64,000 nt of DNA from assembly GCF_009914755.1 (NCBI RefSeq), contig NC_060927.1. The stretch is one strand, 5' to 3'. Position numbers and translations under genes: made by a program. Below, piece after piece: positions 13,620-26,264 of the stretch. Positions within the stretch are counted from its first letter, which is position 1. The number at the start of each line of letters is the position of its first letter. Source of the DNA: the human T2T-CHM13v2.0 reference genome, Homo sapiens. Below the pieces are notes generated by a model that saw only the letters and a list, made by a program, of their open reading frames with translations, did not search any database and was not told the DNA's origin.

Positions 13620-14420
13620 TAAGTGATGTATCCTCATTAAAATACATTGAAAATTAAGAAAAGAAAAAATGAAAGCATGTATTTACCTGAGCAAGATATC
13701 ACCAATGTCAATATATATATATATTTAATTTCTAGTTTGTTTTTATACCCATAGCACTTTTAAATACATGATTATGATTACATTATTTATAAAATTTTTT
13801 CACCTGCCTCTGTAACTTAACTATGAGTAGTTTTTCACATGAGGCAGTCAGGTTTTCTTTTTTTTTCTTTTTCTTTTTCTTTTTTTAACAGTTTTAACAG
13901 TTTCATAATATTCCATCCCTGTTGATGAAATTAATTTTTGTAAGTTTTATGTTTTATAAATTCTGCTGGCACACTTCTACTCATAAATCAATTTTTAACT
14001 AAGTTCACTATTTCCATAGGCTATGCTGTGAGATGTAAAACTGGTAGGTCAAAGAATATAAACATATTTAGGGCTAATATATACTAAAACAGCAATATAT
14101 GGAAATACTCTTCCACTATATTTTATTAAATTTGTACATTGTTGTTTCAAAAAACTGCGTTAATGCAGTACATAATTGGAATTGTTATATTTTTGTTTGC
14201 TTTACTGTGATCACTTGTGAGTATGCACATCTTCAGGTTTGTTTAATTAAAATAATCTGTGCTAACTTTTAATAATTTAACTATTGAGGTTTTAGTATTA
14301 ATCTAATCAAATTGTGTGAAGTTTTATAAGACTAATTTGATAACCTCAGTCAGTTATAAATTCAACAAGTAACTTTTCCAGTTTTTAATTGCTGAATCAT
14401 ATGTTTTTGTTGTAAGATGA
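13620..14420 (-). mobile_element. L1ME-type 3' remnant
   Basis: cataatattccatc...gttgatgaa...ggtaggtcaaagaatataaacatattt. Confidence 0.45.
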
Positions 14421-14532
14421 TACACAATGAAAAACTGTCCAAACCACCATCATTTTCTTCTTTCCTCACCAAACCAACTTGCCGCAGATCTCTATTTAGC
14501 AGACAAAGTAATAATTTTAAAACAGAAATTAT

Positions 14533-14858
<326 letters not shown>

Positions 14859-15163
14859 TCATAACATTGTCTACTCAAAGCTATCCAGTTCTTCCCATTA
14901 CATGCAGAATAAAATCAAAAGTCTCTTACATAATTTCTAAGGTCCTGTATCATCTCACACTCATCTCCTATAATTCCTTTTCTTACTCTAACCACCCAAC
15001 CCTCAATGGCCTTCTTACTTTTCTTGGAATCCTCAAGCACACTCAGGGTCCTTGCATTTGATATTCTCTCAGGCTAATGAACATACCCAAATATTCATAT
15101 AACTCAACCTTTTTCTTTATTCAAATTCTCTGCTTAAATTTCAAAACGTCAGAGAAAATGTGT

Positions 15164-15636
15164 TGTGGGGGTCTGTCCCGCAGACCCTGACCCAGTGATG
15201 GATGAATAGCATACACTGACACAGATATTCTGCTTATCAGTCCAGCTGTGGGTCTGGGCCACTTACAGACACTAAGGAAGGTGCTGTACAGAGTTGCAGT
15301 GGCAGCCTCAACCCCCTGGCCCTGCGGGCATTTATTCAGCACACATTAAATGACAAAGGTCTCAAGGAAACGCTACTAGAAGGTAATTACTGTTGCTGAC
15401 CCCCCAGTAGAGAGCAATCATGGTCAAAGGTTAGTCTTAGGACCAAATGAGTAAACAAGCTATTTAGGTAGACTCCTCTACATTCCTATGTTAATTACCC
15501 TTGCTATACCTCAAAGAGGATTAGACTGCCTTCAGTCATAACTCTATCCGGAGGCTTTTGCAAAAACCTTCCAGCCTTCCAAGAAGGTTTGTATTTATTT
15601 TACAATTCCTCCCACCATCCTGACCAAATCCCTACA
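15164..15636 (-). mobile_element. LTR22-family solo LTR (HERV-K HML-5)
   Basis: Minus strand starts TGTAGGGATTTGGTCAGGATGGTGGGAGG and ends GGGTCAGGGTCTGCGGGACAGACCCCCACA; TG..CA termini; 6-bp TSD atgtgt at 15158-15163 and 15637-15642. Confidence 0.88.
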
Positions 15637-17470
15637 ATGTGTCTATCGTGGCACCTTCCCATTGCTTTGTATCCCAACTTTGTTTTTCATCATAGCACTT
15701 GTCAGTGCCTCAAGACACACATGCATACACACACATTTATCTCCCTTATTAGAAGAAAAGCTGGAGGAATGTGGGGTTTTGTTTTGTTTTTGCTTTTAAT
15801 GCTGTAAGCATTGGACTTAGAATAATATCTATAACAAATGTAACAAAGAATATTGAGAAAATACTTTCAAAGATTTTCCTGCAAACCTGCTGATAATTCT
15901 ATCATGCAAGTATAGTTACTGGTAACATTTGGGCATTATTTTTAATCTTTAAGGTTTATGATAAACTTTTGAATTTTACAGATAGTGTAAGAATATGAGT
16001 TTTGAAATCTTTTATTCAACTTTTTTACTTGACTCTATAAACATTTTAATGTCATTATATAGTCTTGGTAAACATTTTAAAGGACTGAACATTATTTCTC
16101 AATTGTAGTCTAATTATCTACAGGGTCACACTAGTTTCATTAAATCTTAGCTGAAATATTTTATTACCTAAGATAAATCATCTCCTCCACATTCACTGGT
16201 AAAGTTTTCATTGTCATTTTTAATTATTTTAAAGTAAATTCATCTTTTCTTTTTCTTTAATAATTTACATTTTTGAGAGCCATTAGTTTTTTAAAAAATT
16301 GTCATTAACATTAATTTCTTGTATAGTATATATTTATACAAGTCCACTATATTCCTAGAGTTCCATTCTTTTTCTTGAAAAAGTTCATTTCTAGTTTTTC
16401 TTGACTGAGTCTTCTAGATATTTTCTAATATTTTTTACTTTTTAAAAATATAATCTCTATTTTTTGAATACTGCATTTTTCAGCTTAGTTTAATTATTTT
16501 ATTTGATTTATTAAGCTTAAACATTTCTTCTCTATTTTTAAAGAAGAAAAACATTTAGGCTTATAAATTTATCTTTCAAATTCAATTAACTTTATTCTGT
16601 TTGTCTTTAATCTTAAGTATTGACTTACAGTATGTTGAAATTCCACCTGGATCCAGCATTTATGTAAGAGAACACTTTTGAAGATCCAAGCAGTTGAAAG
16701 TATTTTTAAAATTATTATGTAATATTATTTAATTTAAATTAGCCTAGTACTATTCAATTTAAATTAGAAAATATACTCTGAATAAATTCTCATTTTATTA
16801 TTTAAAAAATTTTTTCATGGTGCCAAATGTAGTTATTTTAAAAGTGATTCTTTCAGTATATCTCTCTTTGTTCTGATACCAACTTATTGGTTATATCAAA
16901 GCTTATTTTGGTTTTATTTTAAATGATTGTCTGTTTCTTTACCATAAAATAAAATTTTATGTCGTTTTGTTTGCTTTTCTCCTTTGAATTTTATATGTTT
17001 ATATTAATAATCACTGTTACTTGTTTTTCTTTGATATATTTGTTTTTGCTTTCATTTTTAACCTTACATCATGCTGTTTTAAGCCACATAAACAAATTAT
17101 GTTTTTTGTAGCACAAAATTTAAAAATGACTTTTCATAGAATATGATTCGGTTCCATATAGTTTCTTATTTGCTATGCTTATTTCTTCTTATGCCAGTTT
17201 ATATATACATATTATATATACTTATATATTGGTAAAGATTTGTTCAGCATACACTTCAACTAATGCTTACCTAATTGTTTAATCAGAAAAAGAAATATGA
17301 TACCTTTTTATAATATCAGGGAGACGATTTGTTTCACAAACCAATTGACTTTAATTAGTCAAAAATCTAAGGTTCTAATTCCTAGAATTAAAAAGAAAAA
17401 TAAGTCTATATGTATAATATAATTGCTTCACCTATTGTGATGACATTTTCAGCATTTATTTAGACATATC

Positions 17471-17893
17471 TTTCATGTGCATCACATGACCGCATGTAAA
17501 GAGACCACCAAACAGGCTTTGTGTGAACAACAAGGCTGTTTATTTCACCTGGGTGCAGGCGGGCTGAGTCCGAAAAGAGAGTCCATGAAGGGTGATAGGG
17601 GTGGGGCTGTTTTATGAGATTTGGGTAGGTAAAGGAAAATTACAGTCAAAGGGGGGTTGTTCTCTGGCAGGCAGGTGTGGGGGTCACAAGGTGCTCAGTA
17701 GGGGAGCTTTTGAGCCAGGATGAGCCAGGAGAAGGAATTTCACAAGACAATGTCATCAGTTAAGGCAGGAACAGGCCATTTTCACTTCTTTTGTGGTGGA
17801 ACGTCATCAGTTAAGGCAGGAACTGGCCATCTGGATGTGTACGTGCAGGTCACAGGGGATATGATGGCTTAGCTTGGACTCAGAGGCCTGATA
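17471..17893 (-). mobile_element. LTR7-family solo LTR (HERV-H; LTR7B/7Y-like)
   Basis: Minus strand TATCAGGCCTCTGAGTCCAAGCTAAGCCATCATATCCCCTGTGACCTGCACG; two copies of TTCCTGCCTTAACTGATGAC; AATAAA at 17539-17544; TSD atatc/ttatc. Confidence 0.93.
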
Positions 17894-18238
17894 TTATCTC
17901 TATTCTTTCACCTGGTTCATTAAACACAAAAGTCTTTCCCTTCTCTTTTTCACACTTTTTTGCTTATTTATTTGAAACCACATCTTACTTATCTGGGTCA
18001 TATTTGAATATTCTTTCAGGAATAATAAACCTAAGCAATATGTTTTTCTAGACCTTGCATATACAAAAAGTCTTTTAACTCTTTCAGAGCAACAAGTTAG
18101 TTGAGTAGATAATTTTGAGTTATGGCCTCTTTCCCTCAATGTATTTTATATATAACATTAATAGTCTCTAATATTTAGGTTGTGAATAAGAAGTCTAAGG
18201 GCTTTTTAAAAATTTTTATTTTTAAAGTTAATAAGCAG

Positions 18239-18469
18239 GCTGGGTGCAGTGGCTGAAGCCTGTAATCCCAGATCTTTGGAAGGCTTCATCTCTACAAAAA
18301 TTTTAAAAATTAGCCAGGTGTGGTGGTGCACACCTGTTATCCTAGCTACTGGGAGGCTGAGTTGGAAGGATTGCTTGAGCCCAGGAATTCCAGGTTACAG
18401 TGAGCTGATTGTGCCACTGCATTCCAGACTGGACAACAGGGCAAAACCCTGTCTGGAAAAAAAAAAAAA
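18239..18469 (+). mobile_element. AluJ with a deletion in the left monomer
   Basis: ggctgggtgcagtggctgaagcctgtaatcccag...ggaaggct joined directly to tcatctctacaaaa; J-type right arm. Confidence 0.88.
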
Positions 18470-18759
18470 GCTAATAAACCAAATACTTATAAATATTTAT
18501 GTCATATATTATTTATGTTTTTCTTATTTTTTAAATTTTATTCTTTTCTTTTGAATTTTGGATTTTTTGAGACTACTATCTAATTACTTGTTTCTCTTGT
18601 TTGACAAAATTTTTTCTTACCTGCTGTTTTAACTTATACCAAACTATTCCATTTTATTTTCCGCAGAGTCACTTATCCCATGAATTTGCTCATGACCATA
18701 ACCATGATCAATATTACTTTTAAGTATAATAGCCAATATTTAATTTATAATAATGAGCT

Positions 18760-18970
18760 GTGTCTTTTTATGCATTATCAAATTGAATCTTCATAACCAT
18801 TCCTTAACATGGCTTCTCTTATCCCAATTATAGACTAGGAAAGAAAGAGTAAGAGAAATTAATTAAGTAATTCAAAGTCACGTAATTGGTAATTGTTGAG
18901 TCAGGTGTTCAAATTCTAATCCATCATACGTTAGAAGTAAAGTTATTCACAATTGGGCTTAACTGCCTTC
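18760..18970 (-). mobile_element. MIR remnant
   Basis: atcccaattatagactaggaaa...agagaaattaattaagtaattcaaagtcac. Confidence 0.55.
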
Positions 18971-19327
18971 TAAACTTTTCTTAAGCATTTTTAAGTGAAT
19001 TCAGTTCAGAGGAAGAGTTTTCCTTTGACTTCTGTCTTCTGCTATAGAAACATCTATAGGTCTGAAATATGTTTTCCTTTTGTTTACTCACTGGGCTATA
19101 AAGAAAATTCTTACCCGATACAGAATTAGTGAAAAGTAAGGTTGTCTGAATATCACTCAGATGCTTCATAGTCCTCTTTAGATCTGGCAGAATAGCATCT
19201 TACCTTTAAAGTTGAAGAGAAGGATGATGCATAGTTCTTAATACCACGATGTAGTAAGGTCTGGCTTGTTCTACTTTTTGAGATAAGCAATATTCTCATC
19301 GTCTAGGCTGATGATTCCCAAACCCAG

Positions 19328-19902
19328 TGTAGTAAAACGCCCTAAGATGGTCACAATCATCCAAGCCCTTATGTAATTCCCTCCCCTTGATTGTGGATGA
19401 GATCCATAACTTGCTTCCAACTTGTTTTGTGTAATATGTGGCAAAAGTGATGGGATATCTCTCCCGTGATTGTGTTTTGTCATATAAGGTGCTATCTTAG
19501 CAGACTAGAAAAATAGATTCTCTTATAGCCTTGATAAAGTAGACACTATGTTGTGACTTGTGAAGAGAGGTACCTCTTAGGGAACTGGGGGCAGCCACTA
19601 AAGACCTGAACGTGGTCTCTAGCAGGCAGTCAGCAAAATGTTGGGTATCTCAGTAGACTACTATGCGGAAATAAATTCTGCCAACAATCTGAATGATTTT
19701 GGAAGCAGAGTCTCCTCAGTTTGAGCTTTCAGACATGAGTGCAGCCCAGCTAATGCCTTGAGTGCATCCTTGTGAGACCCTGAGCAGAAAAACCAGTTAA
19801 GTTTTGCATGGATTCCTGACCCAGAAAAACTGTAGGATAATGTGTTTTTATAAGCCACCAAGTATGTGATAATTTGTTATGCAGCAATAGAAACCTCATA
19901 CA
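19328..19902 (+). mobile_element. MLT1E/F-type MaLR LTR
   Basis: aaataaattctgccaacaatctgaatga; gtgagaccctgagcagaa; terminal aatttgttatgcagcaatagaaacctcataca. Confidence 0.85.
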
Positions 19903-20229
19903 CATGGTTATTTATCAAATTAACCTAGAAAAGCAAGTTAAAATATATATTCTTGTGGATTTTTAATTGTTTGCTTTTTATACTTTGTAAATAATTCATG
20001 AGCTTGGGTTGAGCCACGTATTTTTTAAAAAGATACATCATGCTTGAGAATAATCCTCAAAACGGTATTTGAAAATCAGTGCTCTAGACACTACACAGAA
20101 GAAAGCCCCTTTCAGGGGATTGCAAGTTAGAACATGGGGCCTGGGGAAAATCCCAAGTATAACCACATGAATGGATTAAATCTGAGTCTCTACTTGTGGG
20201 GCAAATAAATATAAAGGGATATCTTTTTC

Positions 20230-20670
20230 ATTCAATTCAGGCCTGTTAAGAAGCAAAAGCCAAAACAGGAAATTAGAAATTTGACAGCTTTATTGGAGGA
20301 AATGCCTGCAAATCATAAAGGGGAATGGAGCAGGAGTAGGCAGTCAGAGGCTTCAGAAAATGACACAGATCTGACACTAGCGAAACAAAAGGGAAAGGAA
20401 GGCTTGAGCTCTTCCTAGCCTCTCAAACCTCGGCACAGCACTGTCTCAGCTGGGCTAAAGGGAATCCTCAAGCAAAAGTTGACTACTCAGGCAAAAATGG
20501 CCCAGCTACTACCACCACTGTGCCCAGTCATTGGTTAGAAGAAACCTGAGGAGCATGGCTTTCATGTTTGTATCTAGGTGGATCCAGGGGTGTGGCAGTG
20601 GGACTGTCAACTATGCTCCTTAGAGCACTTTCTCTTAAAGGGTATCTGAGAGACACACCTCTCTGGCCAC
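20230..20670 (-). mobile_element. LTR16-family ERVL LTR
   Basis: ctttattggaggaaatgcctg; ccactgtgcccagtcattgg; aagggtatctgagagacacacctc. Confidence 0.6.
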
Positions 20671-21279
20671 TGAGAACTTTTAATTAAGTTATATCATACT
20701 CTTCTTAGATGTGTGCAGCTCAATCTATCTAAACCACTATCTTTTTCCTTTGCCTACTATCTGACTGAGAAACATGCCTGGTCTTTCTAGTGAAAGGAAA
20801 AAATAAGCGTCACACTGTTCAAGGAAATTCCCCCACATATTCCCCCCCAAAAAAGAGGTGGCTTTATTAGTTCAGATCTTGCGTGAATGTATGATTCAGT
20901 AAGAGCAGAGCATTTGTATAAAAGAACTTACACACATTCACATTGCCAAGTTTATAATGTAATTGTCAATCATCTAAGTCACTTTACATGTATTAAAACA
21001 TGCTCTGTCACCCACTGGCTACCAGTGTTTTGTTATTTAGTTTTTACCTTCTCTTTTTCTCACTGTTTTCTTCCTTCATCTTTTTATTTGAAACCTTTTT
21101 TTTGTGTGTTCCTGAAGGCATGATATAACGACAGAAGTTTTTAGGAATTCCAAGAGATACTTTTATCCTTTTAGTAGGAACAAATTTTGCTTTCAAATGA
21201 AATTATATGAATTCAACTTTTAAATCAAACCCAGTTCTCATGAATAGACTTTTTGTAGTTGCTATATTACTTTAATTAA

Positions 21280-21600
21280 TTATTTCCTCATTTATTCTTC
21301 ATTAGGCACAATATCAGATGCTTGAAGATACCAATTTACCAATGTGTATAAGACATACACTTGAGTCAAAGAACTTGAAATACAATAGAATGAGGTGACA
21401 CACATTGTAACTATGAAGTGTGGAATGTAGTGATTTAATTAAAAACGGAGGAATACAAAGTGCTAGGGAGATTCAAAGGAAGATTTTTCCTTTTCCTGGA
21501 GTAATCAAAGATGGCATTCATAAGTTGATGATTAAACTGAACCTTAAAGAAATGAGCTAAATTTGGCTTGTGAGAAAACGGAGGTGTTACACTGTGCAGA
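21280..21600 (-). mobile_element. L2 fragment
   Basis: aatacaaagtgctagggagattcaaagga...aatcaaagatggcattcataag...aactgaaccttaaaga. Confidence 0.55.
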
Positions 21601-23624
21601 ACCTGCAACCTAGGAAGACAGGAAACTTGTCAGATAAGGAATTATTTCCATTATTGAAAGAGCTCTATATTCCCCTTCTAACGTCCTCATATAGAGATCA
21701 GATTAGCCAGTTTATAGAGTAGTTAGCAGCTCTTAGACTTTGCAATCTTAGTAAACACTGTATTGAAGCTCAGTCTTACGATAGCAGCACGGTATGTTTA
21801 ATAGAAGACATGGTAATTTTAGGTTATTTTGCTGCAGACTTTAAGAGGCCTTTAAGGCAAAACCCTTTCAGACTAGTTGCTTTATATCATTAAAAAAAGA
21901 TAAGGGTTTTATGAAACATATTGCCCCTTAGGCACAGCTAAATTACTCTTTCATAGCTCAGATGAGGCTGGTTCCTTGAGCATTCAGGACTGTTTCAGTG
22001 CTAATTTTAAACTGAATGCTTTAGATAATTCCATATGCTATTTGAGCTTCAACTAGAAGGATACATTTGCCAATGCTAACATAGAGAATGCTCTTTATTT
22101 TATGGTTTTAAAAAAGTTTAGATTGATGGTGTCTTTTTAACGTGTTAATTTGTCTGCCAAGTGTGCCTTTTCAGGATGGGTGTTAAAATTTTGTCGGCCT
22201 CGTAAATGTGCTGCTTCCTGAGATATTTCTTTATTACCATGTCTTTGCAGGAAAGCACTTGCCTTAGAATTACTTTTGTGCATGTCTGATTCCTCCTTTA
22301 TATTTACAGTTTCTTGTGGTGTAGCTTTTGTTTGATTCATCTTTGTAGCTCAGGAGTGTCTAGTATATAATAGGTACTTTAAAAGGCTTGCTGTATCCCA
22401 TCATCTATCAGTATATCTCAATGAAACATAAACTACACTGGATGACCCTTGAATACCTTTCTTATGAGAGATTATGTGATCTCAAAGTGTTCCTCAGCTT
22501 TTTGTTAGGAGTATCTCATAGTACTAACTCATATAAGTTCAGGATTTTTTTTTTAGATTTTTCTATTTCAGCATCCTTATGTGCAGGCATGTGGGATAAT
22601 CAAAGATGACATTCAGAAGTTGGTGATTAAACTAAACCTTAAAAAATGAGGTTTCTCTACCATTGTCTACTGTTATGAGAATTTTATTTTAATGATGTCA
22701 GGTAACTACCACTGGCAAATATGGATATCACTACCCTGGCCATGGAGGGGGGATTCAATAGGTATAAGTCTTTCCCTAATTACCCACTGCACAAATCAGA
22801 CAAGGGTGCTGTGATTTTTAGTCAACTTTATTGCAGTATAATTTGCATGCAATAATAAATGTCTCCATTTTAAGTGCATAGTTACAAAAGTTTTGGTAAA
22901 TATATTACTCATATAACTACCACCCCAATCAACATTTACATAAGCCTGGAATGTCCCCTTAGACCTTTTGTAAATAAATCCCTCCCATCCTTGCTTCAGG
23001 CAAAAGATGGTCTTCTTTCTGTTACTATGCAATAGTTTTGCATGGTCTAAAGGTTTTATATAAATGAAATCAAACAGCATGAACTTTTTTTTTATTTGGC
23101 TGCTTTCTCTCCATACAAAGTTTTTGTAATTCATTTTGTTATGGCACAGTCATGCACAGTTTATTCTTCTCTACCTCTGAGAATTATCCTGTTGTACAAT
23201 TATCTCATGGTGTATTCATGTGTTGATGAACATTTGGATTGTTTCCAATTTTTAACAGTTATGAATAATTCTTTTATTTAATAGTTAATATTTTGTGTGG
23301 TTATAGGTTTTGATTTCTTTGAGGGTAACTATCCAGTCATGGGATTGCTAGGTCATATGGTAAATGCATGTTTAACTTGTTAAGAAGCTGCTAAATATTC
23401 TCTAAAGTAAGGATACCATTTTATATTTCCACCAGGAATGTACGAGAGTTTCAGCTATCCCATCTCCATTTTAGTAGTTGGAGTTTTCAGTCTTAATTTA
23501 GCCATTCTTATTGTTGTGTAGTATTATCTCATCATGAATTTACTTTGCATGACCTTGAATTAAAAAAATTGGCATGTTTTTATGCATTTAGCTATTTGTA
23601 TATCTTCCATAGAGAAATATCTGC

Positions 23625-23910
23625 AGCCAGGTACAGTGGCTCATGCCTGTAATCCTAGCACTTTGGGAGGCTGAGGCGGGAGGATAGCTTGAGCTCAGGA
23701 GTTCAAGACCAGCCTAGGCAACACAGTGAAACCCCTCCTCTACCAAAAATACAAAAAGTAGCCGGGTGTGTTGCCTGTGGTCCTAGCTTCTTGGGAGGCT
23801 GAGGTGGGAGGATCACTTGAGTCTGGGAGGCGGAGGTTTCAGTGAGTCAACATCATGCCACTGCACTCTGGCCTGGGTGACAGAGTGAGACCCCCTTTTC
23901 AAAAAAAAAA
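23625..23910 (+). mobile_element. AluJb
   Basis: Dimeric Alu with gaggatcacttgagtctgggaggcggagg; flanking repeat atctgc. Confidence 0.92.
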
Positions 23911-24634
23911 TCTGCTTGAACATTTTACTCATATTTTATTAGTTGTCTTATTATTACAGAATTGTAAGAATTCTTTATGTCTTGTGTATACAAACTCTTT
24001 TTCATACATGCATTGCCAATTATTTTTTCCTAGTTTGTGGCTTAGATTTTTATATTCTTAATGATGCCTATTATGAGAAAAAGGTTTTAATTTTAGTGAG
24101 GTCCAATTAGTTTTTTATTTTATTGTTCATGCTTATTATATCTAAGACATTTTTGCTTGCATCAATATTATTACTATTATCTGTATTTCTCTTCTGAAAG
24201 TGTTATCAATTTGCTTATGTTTAGGACTACCATCTATGTCAAGTTAATTTTTATTTGATGTGAGATTAAAGTTGTGATTCATTTACTTTTTATATTGATA
24301 TACAGGTGTTCCAGCATAATTTTTTCAAAAGATTTTCCTTTCCTTATTGAAATATGGTACCTTTGATTTATGGTACAATTGATTTGAAGAATATCAATTA
24401 ATGTGTCCAATTATTTCTGGGCTTAATATTCTATTTTATGGATCGCTATGTCTGACCTCACACCAATACCAAAATGTTTTGGTTTCTGTAGCTTTGAAGT
24501 AAATATTAGACTCAGATAAAATATGTTTTTAATCTTTATTTTTCTGTCTTCAAAATTTTAGTAGCTAATTTAGGTCCTTGACTTTTCCATATACATTTAG
24601 AATAAGGTTATCAATTTTTATAAAAAAAATGTTG

Positions 24635-25896
24635 AGTTCCAATTCTTTTGAATAGATAACCAGCAATGGAATTCCTAAACAATATAATAATTTTATTTTT
24701 AATTTTTGAGGAGTTGATATACCGTTTTCCAGAGTTGCTGCACCATTTTACATCCCATCAACAATATACAAGAGTTCTCATTTCTCCAGATTCTCTCCAA
24801 CAATTGTTCCCCCCTTTTTTTTGGTGGCCCATCCTACCGATGTAAGGTGATATTTCATTGTGATTTTGATTTGCATTTCTCCGATGACTAGTGATGTTGA
24901 GCATCTTTTTATAAATTTCTTGGCTATATGTCTGTCTATTCTATTTGTCTAATTTTGCTGTTGTTGCTTGTGCTTTTGGTGTTGTATTCCAGAAATCATT
25001 GCCAAGCCCAAAGTCATAAAGTTTTCTTTTTAAGTTTTCTCCTAGAAGCTTACAGTTCCAGGACTTATGTCTAAATCTTCAATCCATTTTGGGTTGATTT
25101 TGCTGTATAGTATACAATAATGGTTCAATTTCATTATTTTGCATGTGGATATCCAGTTTTCCCATTACTGTTTGTTGGAGAATGTTCTTTTTCCTTTGCA
25201 TATTCTGGGCACTCTTATTGAAGATCAGTTGACTATATATGCATGGGTTTATTTATGGGTTCTCTATATGTCCCTTCATTTTTATATCTATTTTTATACC
25301 TATTAAAACAGTACCATAGTGTTTTAATGACTAACATTTTGTAATGTATTTTAAAATCAGGAGATGTGATGCCTCCAGCCTTCTTTCTCAAGATTGCTTA
25401 GTCTACCTTGAAGAGATATATGCACTACCATGTTCATTACAGCATTATTTACAATAGTCAAGATATCAAAACAATTTAAATGTCCATTGACACATAAATG
25501 AATAAGAAACATGTAAAATTCACACACAATATATTATTATTCAGCCTTTTGAAAATCCTGACTTATGTGACAACATGGATGTATCTGGGAAATGTTATGC
25601 TAAGTGAAATAAGCCAGTCACAGAAGGACAAATGCTGCATGGTTTCACTTACATGAGGTATCTAATATAGGAAAACCCATAGAAACTGAGAGTATAATAA
25701 TACTTTCCAAGGGCTTAGGGGCAGGAGAATGCGGAATGGGGAGTTGTTTCTCAGAGCATAAAGTTTCAGTTATAGAAGGAGAATAAGCTCTAGAAATCTG
25801 GTGTAGAACATTGTTCCTATAGTTAATAATACTGTATTTTATACTTAAACATTTGTTAAGAGGGTAGATCCCATATTAAGTGTTCTTACTACAAAA
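24635..25896 (+). mobile_element. L1MA9/10-like element with 5' inversion (24635-25405 inverted, 25407-25896 forward)
   Basis: Forward 3'UTR ends gttaagagggtagatcccatattaagtgttcttactacaaaa; the inverted and forward parts are adjacent in the L1 consensus. Confidence 0.75.
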
Positions 25897-26264
25897 GAAG
25901 GAAGGAAGGGAGAGAGGAAAGAGGGAGGAAAGGGAGGGAGGGAAAGGAGGGAGGGAAAGGAGGGAAGGAATGAAGGGGAGGGAGGGAGGGAAGGAACGAA
26001 GGGAAGGGAGGGAGTGAGGGAAGAAAGGAAGGAAGGAGGGAAGGAATGAAGGAAGGAGAAAGAAAGAGAAAGAAAGAGAAAGAAGAAAAAGAAAGAAAGA
26101 AAAAGAAAGGAAAGAAAGAAAAGAGGAAAGGGAAGGGAATGGAAAGGAAAGGAAGAGAAAAAGGAGGAGGGAGAGAAGGAGGGAAGGAAAGAAGGAAGGA
26201 AGGAAAGAAGGAGAGAAAGAAAAGAAAAAGAAAGAGAAAGAAGGAAAGAAAGAAAGAAAGGAAG
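25893..26264 (+). repeat. ~370-bp polypurine (GGAA/GGGA/GAAA)n tract
   Basis: Seen directly; almost no pyrimidines on the + strand. Confidence 0.97.
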
